This document shows positions 11,116 to 22,994 of a stretch of DNA of 64,000 nt, piece after piece. Under the pieces are notes generated by a model. It saw only the letters and a program-made list of their open reading frames with translations, had not been told where the DNA came from and did no database searches. This DNA is from Dipteris shenzhenensis (taxonomy: Eukaryota), in assembly GCA_047967505.1 (NCBI GenBank), contig CM106538.1. One strand, written 5' to 3'. Each line of letters begins with the position of its first letter. The stretch's first letter is position 1. The position numbers were made by a program, and so were the translations under genes.

Positions 11116-12399
11116 CATCCCCATGTCACATATACGATATACATATCTTTCACAAGCATGTGTACTCTCTTGTGGCCAGCATCCCATGCAACTAGTGGCC
11201 AAGGAAGCAACTTGTGCTCAACATGCGAGATAGCTAATAAGTCTATTAGAGTTATGTCCAATAGTATAACTCAACTTTTAGTCTTTTATTTGTTTTGTCT
11301 ATTTTGAGACTATAATGTATGCAAGTATGATATCATGTTATTATTTGCATAGAATTCCATTGAGAATGTAGATATCTAAGCCTATAGTTCCAACATGTTG
11401 AGATTATATAGCTTATGAAAAAACTTAAGGATGCATGTGACCATCCACTCCTTGGGGATGATCTAGTCTTGATTAACCACTTTTGTTCTAAGATAAAGAG
11501 TAGTAGTAGCTTCATGTGATAGGTATTGATAGGATCAAAGGGTACCACGACCCCTTTTTCCTCAAATAGAAGTGATCAAGTAGCTATAGCAAGAGAGATC
11601 CCCTTGAGCTAGATGTTCTCGCAATGAAATTGTGTGCAAGTGTATGTCACTGCTCTTTTGTACCACGATTGGAATTTCTTTCATGCAATTCATGATATAG
11701 GGTGCTAAAATCAAGACTTACCAGGTGCACTTCCTACATGTGTGTCCCTTGGAGGGGACACGGGGATGGAACTAGGGTAGGGGAGGGGAGTTTTTTTTGG
11801 GGGGGGTAGAAAAAGAGTGATTATATTAATATAAAAAAGCTTTGTACATCAAAAAGTTATCCTTGAGTCCACCTAAGCCATAAGATTTAGGCTCAAACAA
11901 ACTTTCAAAGTGCAGCATTAGTAACTCAGTAGTGACAGTATGTAGAAATCCAACATGACATTTCAGGTCCTCCTATATAGACGTGAGGGGACCTAAAATG
12001 AAAAACTTTGTGAAGCATCATCAAAAACATCTGGAACCTGAGCATTAGTAGCAGCAGTAGCAACATGAGAAGGGACACCTTGTGCAGGGTCAATAGAAAT
12101 GTTCTGAGAAGAATGGCTCTTAGAAGAGAACTCAATAGGGATCTGGTTTGTAGCACCTGGAGCAAGGTTTTGAGTAGCAATAACTTGAGCAGAGGTCTGA
12201 GTAGCTTTAGCTTGAGAAGGGGGTTTCCTATGGAAGTACTGAGGGGGCTTCTCATGATCATCCTCCAAATCACATCTGCTAATGTGGTTAGCAAGATCCT
12301 TACCTAACCTAGTGTGTTCCAGATTGTATGCACTTATTTAAAGTCCAGTCTCCTTTTCTCCTATTCCACCATGAAAACAGAGTGTTAGTAAGCATCACA

Positions 12400-13960
12400 A
12401 CATCATTAAATTGAAATTTATTTCTAGATATCCAAATGGACCATAAAGCATGGGCTTTAATTTGGAACCAGAGCTCCTGCTTGGCCTTAAACGCATCTCC
12501 CTATAGAATGGCTTTCCAGTTCACTGGCTCCCTAATTTCTATCTAGATGTATTTCCACACCTTTCTAGCATGAGGACAAGCAACAAACAGATGGAAAATG
12601 TAAAAAATAACACCAGGGGATCTTTTGAATTCCATATCCTCTACATATTTTGAGACCCCTTGCATTAGTCCATACAGCTTTATGTAATATATGCCAAACT
12701 AGGCATGACATCTTTTCAAGGACCTGTTTATTTCATATCTTCCCAAACCTTTCATACCATTTTTCTCTGCTATCCTAAAGTAGCCATCTTGTGTTCAGAG
12801 TTCTAAAAAGATCCTCAATATCAAAGGATGGAGTGGGGATTGGAAGTATTGAATTACTTCCCACCCAACTAGATTTCGTTTGATAGAATAGGAATGTGGC
12901 ACCTTTCCAACTTGTGTTCCTATGCCATAGTTCAAGTCTGCTTATAGTCAGTAATAACTGACACTGATTGGTTAAAGAAACTTCCCTCCTAATTTCTTGC
13001 CGGGTCTTCCATCTTAGCTACTCTTTATTCCAAAGTTGTCCCGAAGTTTGTAATCCTTTTTTAAACATAAGGCCGGCTAGGGCAAACTGTTCATCATTAA
13101 GTTGGGCATTCCTAAAGGTAGTGGAGACCCATATAGAGTTAATAGACACAAAGGCTCCTTTGCTAAGGCCTTTATTTACTCAAAAGCTTTCCAGATAGAT
13201 TGCCAAAGGGGATTCCCCTTAGCTTTGCAAGGCTCAGGATTGCAAATGATAGAGAGAATATGGTAATTTATCCATTTAGGAGACCTAATTGGTCTGACCA
13301 GTTTCATATTCCTTGAAATACGTTGTGCCCCGTCACATTCTGGACTCAAAGTAGAATTACCCATGTGGCAGATAGTTTCCTAGCAGCTAGAGCTATATCA
13401 ATCACTCCTAAGACACCTTCTTCCTTAGTCTTAATGTAGTAAAACCATCTTTCTTTAGATATTATAGAGTTCCCTCCCTAGAGAAAGGATCTGTAAATCC
13501 TAATGAATCTATCCAATCCAACTTTGGATGGGGCCCAACAGGATAAATAAAAAATGGAAATTTAGGATAAATACAATGGTTGAGAACCATCCTTCTACCT
13601 GCAAGATTGTCTTGAAAGCCTCTCCATTTATCTATCTTCTTCTGAAAACTAGTCCCATCTTTGTTTCATGGTAATGTTGGAATCCAAGCAATCTGAAAAT
13701 AGTGCCCTTGTTAATGACGTGGCATCCCAGTTCCTTTGATTTTTCCTTTGAGAGTAGCATAACCAACCTTTGAATGATTAATTTTGGACCCAAAGGATTG
13801 CCAAAAATTAGTTCTATGCCTCTAAGGTTATCTACCTTGACTTGGCTTTAAGTAGCCACCCTAGAGCATTAGCAACAATTGCAAATAGCAAAGGAGCAAG
13901 GGGACATCCTTGTTTGATTGATCTCTTCAATGCAAAAGAAGGGCTCATGTCACCATTAAA
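12400..13960 (-). mobile_element. Highly degraded L1-clade LINE fragment
   Basis: KRSIKQGCPLAPLLFAIVANAL at ~13865-13930, plus remnants of the post-RT region (AGRRMVLNHC, PLWQSIWKAF) and the zf-RVT region ~12560-12710. Boundaries approximate. Confidence 0.7.
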
Positions 13961-14706
13961 GAAATTGACAGGTAGTCAGCTGTAGGATGATAGGTGGCAA
14001 GTTACAGGTAGATGATAGGATAGACTCTAGACAATCCGATGCACAAAAATGTAGCATAGAGATAGCATGAAGGAAAGTGTTTAACTTTGTGTGACAATCC
14101 CACCACTAAATAGATCCAGCATAGTGGTTGCACAAGGAAATATGTTTAGTAACTGTTAACTACTTGTTGTAAACTTGATGTAAAATATATGATCAATTGT
14201 GGGACTCCAACACGGGTCTTAAGGCAATTAACGTAAATACATTTTCTTTGGTTTAATTAGGAGTAGTTATAGCCACCTCCAAGAACAAGTGCGGTGGTCA
14301 CACGAGCCAATATTAACACAGTGGCCGTGAATCAAGATCAGCATGGGAGAGCTACACATGAATGACAGGTGGCGAGCTATGGGTAGATGACATGTAGTGA
14401 GCTATAGGTAGACGATAGGACAGATTGTGGACAACCTGATACACAAAGATGAAGCACACAGATTGCACAAAGGAGGGTAGAACTGCTATTGTAGTCACAT
14501 AAGTCGAGCTCTATGGTGTTCAAAACGACAAGTTTTCACAGATTGTGTCTCATTATTACGCTAAGAAGGCAATCATTATGCCAATAATTTTTTTAGCAAA
14601 AGCATGTCCACTCAAATTTCAAAATGTTGCCCACCAGTGCATTGCGTTGGGCCTAAAAACTACCCCTAAAATAGTTCTATGATTGGCTACACCCGATTGT
14701 GCATCG

Positions 14707-14709
<3 letters not shown>

Positions 14710-14770
<61 letters not shown>
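14710..14770 (+). repeat. (GA)30 microsatellite
   Basis: Perfect GA dinucleotide run. Confidence 0.97.
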
Positions 14771-14773
<3 letters not shown>

Positions 14774-15727
14774 GGGGAATGGGGAAGAGAGAGATGGAGG
14801 GGGTGGAGAGAGAGTGGAGGCAAGAGAGAAAGTGGAGGAGATATGGAGGGGGTGGGGTGGAGAGAGAGGGGTGTGGGTTATGGTGAGGGGTGGGGTAGAG
14901 AGAGAGTGGAGAGTGGAGTTAGGGAGAGAATGGAGGGGGGAAGGAGGGAGTGGAAGGGGGGTATGTGGGAGAGAATGGAAGGGGGGGAGGTGGGAGAGAA
15001 TGGAATGGGGAAGGAGGGAATGGAAGCAAGGGGAAGGAGGGAATGGAAGCAATGGGGATGTGGGAGAGAATGGAGGGGGTGTTGAGAGAGAATGGAAGGG
15101 GCGGAGGTGGGATGGGGAGAGGAAGTGGGGTGGTGGTGGTGGAAAGGGGAATGGGGTGGGAATGGAGAGAGGAAAGGGGATGGTGATTGTGAGAAGGAAA
15201 GGGAGTGGTAATGGAGGAGATAGGATTGGGGGTGTGGAAGAATGGAGGAAAAAGTTATACTTGGAGTGGTGGATGTGGTGAGTGGGAAGTGAGTGATGGA
15301 GATTTGGGTGGGTTGGAGGAGTTTTGATGGAAAAAATGTGGTCGAGGGGATGGAGAAGGTGAGTGAAGTTGGAGGGGATGGATAGCAGAAAGTGATGGTG
15401 GAGAGGGGAGATGGATGGAAAAAGTGGTGGCGGAGGGGATGGATAGCGGAAAGTGATGGTGGAGAGGGGAGATGGATGGAAAAAGTGGTGGCAGAGGGGA
15501 TGGAAAAGGTTGAGATGGTGGAGGAGGTAGGGGGGAGCTCGATGGAAAAAGTGGTGGTGGAGGATGTTGGGGAGGACCTTGATGGAAAACGTGGTGGTGG
15601 AGGTGGTGGTCGGAAGGTGGAGCACGGAAAACCAAGGTGGATGGAAACTTCGAAGGCTTGAAGGAACTTAGAGATGGAATTGGCTTGCAAAAGTGAGGGG
15701 AAAGAAATGAAAAGGGGGGAGGGGGGG
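14771..15727 (+). repeat. ~1-kb G/A-rich low-complexity tract with internal imperfect repeats
   Basis: Almost C-free plus strand built from GGGAGAGAATGGA-like units; ~60-bp direct repeat at ~15372-15490. Confidence 0.85.
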
Positions 15728-15960
15728 TGCATTGTTGCATCTATAGGATGTGAGGGGTCTAAAGGTTATTTTTTGTAATTAGTGGATTAATATGCTTATG
15801 TAGATCAACATTGTTTAGGATGCAAATCTCATCTTTTTGCATCAATTGGAAGAATTTTTGCACTCCTTTGCTTTGACGGAAGTGTCTTGGATGGTTTTTT
15901 GAAGGGGGTTCTTTTTCACACATGCAAACATGTTCTCCACTTTTGCTTCAAGCACTAATC

Positions 15961-16620
15961 TCCCCGGTGGCAGTGCCAAAATGTTGTCATGATCTCTACC
16001 AACTATAGGTTTCGAGGGTGTTAGTCACCTACAATCATGTCCTTGCTCATTGTAGCATATGTGTTCACAATTCTAGCATACTAGGTCCTTGGGTCATATT
16101 CTGGAGAGAGGTATAGGCTAAATCATGGAAAGTAGCTCTCCTATGTGCTTAGGCGAGAAAGAGGGCTTGTTCACAATGATGGATAGAGACTCTCGCCTCC
16201 ACGGGAGCTCAAGGGTTTAGAAGGGGTTTGCAAGGTTTAGAAGGGGGATAAGGTTGAGAGAGCTAGCTAGGAGTTCCAAGGTTCAAAGAGGTTATACAGT
16301 TTAGGAGGAGTTCAAGATTGAGGAGTGGAGCACTAGTCTGCTTCACAACCTCAAGGGGTAAAGAGTTAAGGAGGAGGGATAAGGAAGGAAGGAGGAGGTG
16401 GAGGGAGGTGAAGGTAAAGGGAGGAGGAACATAAAGGAGGAGGAGGGAGGTGGAAGAGTAAGGAGAAGGAGAAAGAGGGACGAGGTAGGATAAGGGGGAG
16501 AAGGAGGAGTTGGGAGTAAGGAGTACAAGGGTAGGGAGTGCAAGGGTAAGGGCATTCTAGAACATGGTAGAGTGTATGGGAGCATTGATGCAATGGAGAT
16601 TGATCACATCAACACATAAG
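15961..16620 (-). mobile_element. Degenerate Athila/Tat-like LTR end plus tRNA-Asp-like PBS
   Basis: Minus strand reads ...ACAACA TTT TGGCACTGCCACCGGGGA, a 13/18 match to the Athila-type PBS TGGCGCCGTTGCCGGGGA. Sequence 16060-16260 recurs diverged at 21040-21230. Right boundary uncertain. Confidence 0.5.
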
Positions 16621-16694
16621 TGAACTTGAACACTGAATCCAAAGAATGAGAGCTTCACTCCATTGAGAGAGATTTATACATGTTGGTCTCCACA

Positions 16695-16905
16695 CAATTT
16701 GCAGGAACCTCAAGGGTGGCACCTCTTTTGCAGGAGACCTCTTGGGTAAGAGTCCCTCCACCTTTTGTAGGAACCTCAATGGTGAGGACCTTTTTTTTAG
16801 GAGACCTCTAAGAGTCCCTCCACTTTTTGGAAGGACCTCTTGGGTCTCTACACTTTTTTGGGGGACCTCTTGGGTCTTTACACTTTTTGGGGGGACCTCA
16901 AAAAG
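16695..16905. repeat. Imperfect minisatellite (TTTTG..GGA.CCTC units, ~30-35 bp)
   Basis: About 7 degenerate units such as TTTTGCAGGAGACCTCTTGGG and TTTTTGGGGGACCTCTTGGGTCT. Confidence 0.6.
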
Positions 16906-19900
16906 TGTAGGCTTTTAGTCTTCCTCTCTCTAGTTTTAGTACTTCTTTCTCTAGATCTTGATTTTGCAAGTATGATTGGATCTTTTGTAGAGAGGATTTT
17001 GGATATCCTTATACTTTTAGATTCATCATACAATCTTTTAGGCTCAAGGCATTACAATTGGAGCCTTTTTTCTACTCTACACACACAATGATCTCATCTT
17101 TGTTGTTCTAGGCTAGACTTCTGGCCCCTTGTTGCTAGAGGGTTGACAGGCTCCTTCATCGAGATATGCAGAACCACTGGCTATAGCTTTCATAAAGAGG
17201 GTAGTATCCAATACATTATTCCCTAGGTGGTAGATTAATGTTGGGATCCCAATAAACCATTCCACTAGAATGGTTGAGTTTAAAAGTACCATATAAAGGA
17301 TGTGGGATCTCTTCCACCATTCTGTCAAAATGGTTAAGTTTAAAACTACAATGCAAAGGATGTCAAAGGTGACACTTTCCCACTAGTGACACAATAGAAA
17401 GTTTTGGCTAAACCAAGACATTTGTTATAAGAGGGCTTAGTTACAATAATTAGTTACCAAAAATATCCTTGTGTTTGCTAGATGGTATGAGACACTTAGC
17501 GAATGATAATGAATGAGGTAATTAACAAGTAGTTGACCAGTAAATGGTTGAGAAGTTTCTCACCTGAAGAAAACTTCAAGATAATGCACACTTGAAATGT
17601 AAACATTGGGCCAAAGAAGCAAACTGTATGGTCATTCCAAACAAATAGAGATTATGATTCAGTTTGGGTAGTCTAGAATGGATTAACTAAAATGTGTTTT
17701 ATTGATGCATGTGCAAAGTATCATGCCCATCGGGTATGTGCGCACTTGAATAACAAACCTCATAGTGTGTTGTTTTGTTCCCAAAAAAAATCCTTGTTGA
17801 CAACAAAGGAAGGTGGAGTTAACGTCAAAGGCGAAGGCCAAAGATGAGGAATCAAGACAAAGGACGAAACTTGATAGATGTAAGATGTACACCAAAAGTC
17901 CAGCCAGTAGGACGATAAGCTCCAGATCTAGATGGGCAAACAATAGCAAAAGGCAAAAGGTTAGAGGGAAAGGCAAAGCACAAGAGACCAAAAGAAAAAT
18001 GCCAAATACAAAATTTTAAAGGAAAGATGCCAGAGGAAAATGTAAAGGTAGGGGTGAATGGTGAAAGAAAAAGGTGAAGCACCAAAAGACAAAGCCATGA
18101 GGCCAAAAGGGCGGGGATCCTGTGATGACGGTGACTTGACAGGATCTGTATGGCTTAGTAGTCAAGACCCACAACAATGATGGCGGTTGGTGGGATTGTT
18201 ATGATACGGATGGTAGCATGGGGAGCCGAGAGCATAAATGGCTGAGGGAATCTATATGGAAGTTTCCACCAAAATGCTATAAAAGGGCCTACTCTCGTCC
18301 ATTGCAGGGGCCATTGGATCACATGGGGGATAGATTGTATAGTTAGATACCAGAGAACTAGTGTAAAAGGATGTAAAATCAATAAATCCAAGATTTTCGT
18401 CCTTTAAACTAAGGATGAGGAGAAAATTTTGGAAGCAAGGCAGAAGAGGAGTAGTCGCTCTAACCTCATCTTAGCTACTTACACCAAATGGGGAGCCAAG
18501 ACTTAGCCAAGGGAACACAATAGAGATGAAGCAATTATAAGGCATGTCAAGTAGCTAGAGGGTGCAAGAAATACATAGATTATTGGCAAGTGTAGGCAAC
18601 ACAAAGAAGGGTGTAAGGACCCAAGGAGGAAACTAGATAAGAAAAAGAAGAAAAGGCGCATTGAAGCTAGCCCAAAAGAAGATGCACAATCATGGCAGCT
18701 ACCAAATCAGTCATTTTGAAGGGATTATTGAAGTCTAGACAAGCCAAATGAAACACTGACCAATCATGTAAGCAAATCAAGGCTACAAGAGTGAATTGTA
18801 GGAGAATGCAGGTCATCAAGGCTGCAAGAGTGAAATGGATTGAATTGTAGGGGAATGCAGGTCATCGCACCTTGCATTCAAAGGAGTAAGAGCAATGAGC
18901 CAAAGTATATGACAAGGAGACCTAAAATTCCTTGTATGTATTGTAAATTCAGGTTCAAGTTTGGCAAACAATAGGAAGAAACAAGGAAGCCCACCAAAGA
19001 ATGATCCATGCTAAGGGCAAAATAACCTTGGAGAAAGTAGCCTCATCATGACATTCAACGTCTTCTCCAAGGAAAGCTCTTTGTTATCTGTGCAATGGGG
19101 ACATGTCCATGTGCAACAAGTCTCCCTATCATGTGCCTCTTGTGGCATGGAGGATAATGATGGATGGAACAATCAGATCCAAGTTCTCAATAAAGATAAA
19201 ATATGGAACAATCTAGATCCGAAGTTCTTGTGAAGCCAAATATGGATGTTATCCCGAATCAAGATCTTGATGGAGACCTAGACTTGGCTTGGATGTAACT
19301 AGGATTGGGATATACAAGTTGGGATTTGGATGAGAACCTAAACTAGGCTCTAGATATGGAACTTGGACTAATCTCTGACAGTGCAAGAGTATCCAGTGGG
19401 ACCCAAAGAATAGTTAGCTCATTGACAATGTGGATGATGAAACATGGCATTGATTCAAGGTTGAATTGACATGCTAGAAATTAGGGGGTAATTCCCTCCC
19501 TAGTTGGAGGACTGATTTAAGGAGTCTATAAAAGATTAATACCATTTCCATGGCATTGATATGATGGGTAGGAAATGTAGCTAAAAAATAAGGTTGGCTT
19601 TACATATAACCTTGGTTTTGGTACATTGTCTTGGCTAATCTGTGGTTTTAGTACATGGTTTTGGGTAAGCTATGGTTTTCATAGAGCATGATTTTGGGTA
19701 ATATATGCTTTTAGTGCATGGGTTTGCTAGCATAGTTTTGGTGGATCTTGGTTTTCCATGTAGCCGAAATATATGAGTTCTAGCTCCTATAACAAAAGTA
19801 GATGGACTTAGTTTCCAAATTGGATGAACTTAGTTACCATGTAATCGAATTGGATAAACTTACTTCTAATGGAATGAACTCAATCCAAACTAGATGTAAC

Positions 19901-20971
19901 CTAATTGGATGTTTATTTGTCTCTTTTTCATTTTAGTCATTGATTGTTGATTTTGTGTTCTAGGTTTGAGTGTTGACGTGAATTGAGAGAAGAGCAAGGT
20001 ATCCCATTTCTCTTGTTGTGATTAGATATTCAAAAGTTTCTAATGTTTCTGCATGTTTGTTATTCTTTGATCTCTTGTTTTGTTTGTTTTATATTCTGGT
20101 GTTTTTTTTTGGTTTAATGTTCCTTATTTGTATTTTTAATGTTTATTTTTCATACAGATTTGGCATGAAGTGATGCTGGTGTGAGTTGAGGTGAAGTGTT
20201 ATACAACTATGGTTGTCCTAAAGATTTCGATATGGAAGCTATTTTTTGGGATGAATTGGAGATACTTAAGGACATTAGGATTGTTCTTGTAGTTTCGGTA
20301 CCACTGTGGATTGAATTTGCCTAGTGTGAAGCTCTAAACTGTGTTGTGAACATTTTCTCTCTTCTTCTTTTTTGGAGCAAGAAGAAGTATTTGAAGAATC
20401 CACCCCATGGCTTCTGAGTTGCATGCACAAAGGAAGGACGTGCATGTCCTCCTGCTCTTCCTCTGTAGCTCAAATGTTCTAGATCCATAGTGCCTTGGTT
20501 GAGCAAAGAAATCTTCAAAAGTGACAGCCAAAAAGGGGTAGTAGTCTCTATCTCTTGCTAATGGGGGGAAAGCCACCTCATCCTCCAAGTTGATATCCTC
20601 ATCTAGCAGTGAGAAAGGAAGGAGACCCTTAGACTCAGTGTCCTCTCTCTACATGGTCCATGCAAAATCTCAGTTTCTGAGACATCTCCCTACGCTCCAT
20701 ACTGGCACAGTTGATAGCAAAAGGTTGGGGGAGGGCGAGTAGCAGAGGTGCTCATGGAAGAGTCTTCCACCCTCTACATCACTACTCTCTCCATCACCAT
20801 CCTCCATCTTGGGAGGGGAGTTTATTAATTCTTGATTTGCTTAAGGGTAGACCACTCAAGGATGTTTCCTTTGGTAGAGTATGCCAGCCCTAAGACTTCA
20901 ATGTTGTAGACATGAATTTCTTCCCAATGAGTCGTGAAACTCAAAGGTTGGCTTGCAAGACTAGGACACAA

Positions 20972-21380
20972 TGTTGCCCTATATGAAATGTCTCACATGC
21001 CATGTTCCACAAAGAGACTCTTAGATTCCAAAGAATAGGTGTTCACAAGTGTAACATAAGTCATTGGGTCATATTTCGGTGAGAGGTATAGGCTAAAGTG
21101 TGGAAAGCAGCTCTTGTGCATGTTGAAATGAGAAAGAAGCAACGATCACAAAGATTGAGGGAATTCCTCACCTCCATAGGAGCTCAAGGGTCTAGGAAAG
21201 GGTTGCAAGGTTTAAAAGGAGGGTAGGGTTGAGAAACCTAGCTAGGGTCGCAAGGTTTAGAAGGAGTTTATTGAGACTTGCAAGGTTGAGGAGTAGAGAG
21301 CTAGTTGCTTTCACATACTCATGGGGTTTAGGTGAATAAGGGTGAGGAGGAGGAGGAGGAGGGAGGAGGAGAAGGATGAT
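20972..21380 (-). mobile_element. Second diverged copy of the same LTR-like sequence; target of the copia insertion (continues after 27296)
   Basis: TGTTG start at 20972. GTGTTCACAA..GGGTCATATT..GAGAGGTATAGGCTAAA..GGAGCTCAAGGG matches 16061-16215. The GAG-rich tract continues across the copia TSD. Confidence 0.55.
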
Positions 21381-21550
21381 TGTGGGGTTAAAGGTCACTG
21401 TGCCTTAACCCCAGTTATGTACAATACTCAAACACATATATAAATGAATGAAAAAGAAGATTAGGGTGGTTCTGCACCCACCAAAACTTGTGTGGCTCTC
21501 TGTTTCTCTCTCTCCTTCTTCCGTTCTTGCTTCCGTTGAGAGCACTCTCA
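21381..21550 (+). repeat. 5' LTR (170 bp)
   Basis: 169/170 identical to 27126-27295 (one T/C difference in the CT tract); TATATAAA inside. Confidence 0.97.
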
Positions 21551-21552
21551 AT

Positions 21553-21564
21553 TGGTATCAGAGC
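21553..21564 (+). other. Primer binding site (tRNA-iMet)
   Basis: TGGTATCAGAGC, 2 nt after the LTR. Confidence 0.95.
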
Positions 21565-22994
21565 CCGGGTGATCTAGCTGAGCCTGCGTGAATGCTTGAA
21601 GCTCAGTAGCTCTGTGAGAGGAAGGAGAAGCTCTGTGGGAAGCTTTGTGGGTGACTTTACTTGCATCCGAGTGTGCAGAGACCTTGGAGGAACCTTTGGA
21701 AAAGTCACTTTGGCTTTGCGAAGTGGTTTTGAGAGCCTGTTAAGAGCTTTCAAAGAAAAAGTCGTTTTTTGAGCTTTTCCCTGTTCCGTTCGATGACAGA
21801 GACTCCGTATTGACTTGTAGAGGCAACTATTGCTTGCTTTCGGTGTCCACAGTACTTCAGGAGCTTAGAAACACCTTCATTCTTGAATCTGGGATCATTT
21901 CATTGGATTTCTGACTCACTGTGTCAGTTCCTGCGTTTTTTTTGCCCGGGTGTTGGAACTCAAGTTTGGAGCAACCATTTGCAGATCTGTCAGTTCCGGT
22001 GGACTCAAGAGGTCCTAAAACTTCTATGTTGCTCATCATTCGCACTCCGGTGGAGTTTACAGATAGCTCTGTTTCAAAAGACGTTTTTCAGTCCGTGTGT
22101 TGGACCCAGTGATTGAGACCACGGTTTCCAAAACCGTCTATCCCATTGCGTTCCGGACGCCCAAAAACCCCTACCTGTCAGTTCTTGCGCAATTCGGTGG
22201 AGGATTTTCAGAGTTATAGATCTTTGTGTATTCGATTTCGTCTCTCTGTTATGCATTTTTCATTCTAAGGTTTTGAAACCTTAGATTTATGCCACATGGC
22301 AGTGGATAAGTGTTGACTCCCATTTCTCACTCATCGGTTGGGATTTTGGAGTTCTGGCAGAAGAGAGATATTTGCAGATTTTCTTACTAAGTCCGATTAT
22401 GCAATGGCGCCCATGTTTTGAGGCATCTCAGGTTCTATTTTCAGTAGCGCTCATTATTGTGGGACTATGATTTCTTGAGCATACCTTATGCAGATCACTC
22501 TGGTTGCAGTTTGAGCAGTGTGCGCTCATTCGTGGTATGCATTGGGTTGCAGTGGATGATTTATAGGCCGTTTGGATGCATTGCGATCCTTATTGGATGC
22601 GCTGATAGGCTCAAATTGCCTTGTGGGATGCTATTTTTTATGGACGCTTTGCACATGGATGCTATTTTATGCTGAGGGACAGCTTTGACACATTGCAGGT
22701 GATGCACTGATAGTGCTATGCTCTCTTGGATGAGACATTATTGATGCATATACCAGTGGACAGTGTTTATGCTTGAGTCATTTGGCACTTATTGGCATTT
22801 TCTTTTGGGTCAGATTTGCTCATATGGATGCATAGTATATTCACATGAGTCAGATGCATCTTTTTTTGATGCTTTGAGCTTTGAATTTTGGTGATATTTC
22901 ACTCTATTGTGGCAGACACATTTGGGTGCACCTAGTATTTGGTGTGATTCTCTCTTGCAGGCACTAGCATTTGGGATTTTGCTTTATTTGCATC

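Noticed and set aside
14679-15740. Long overlapping ORFs (200-312 aa)
   Set aside because: Artefacts of low-complexity purine/pyrimidine sequence lacking stop codons.
17680-20900. Short ORFs between the LTR relics
   Set aside because: No recognisable domains; likely decayed retroelement interior.
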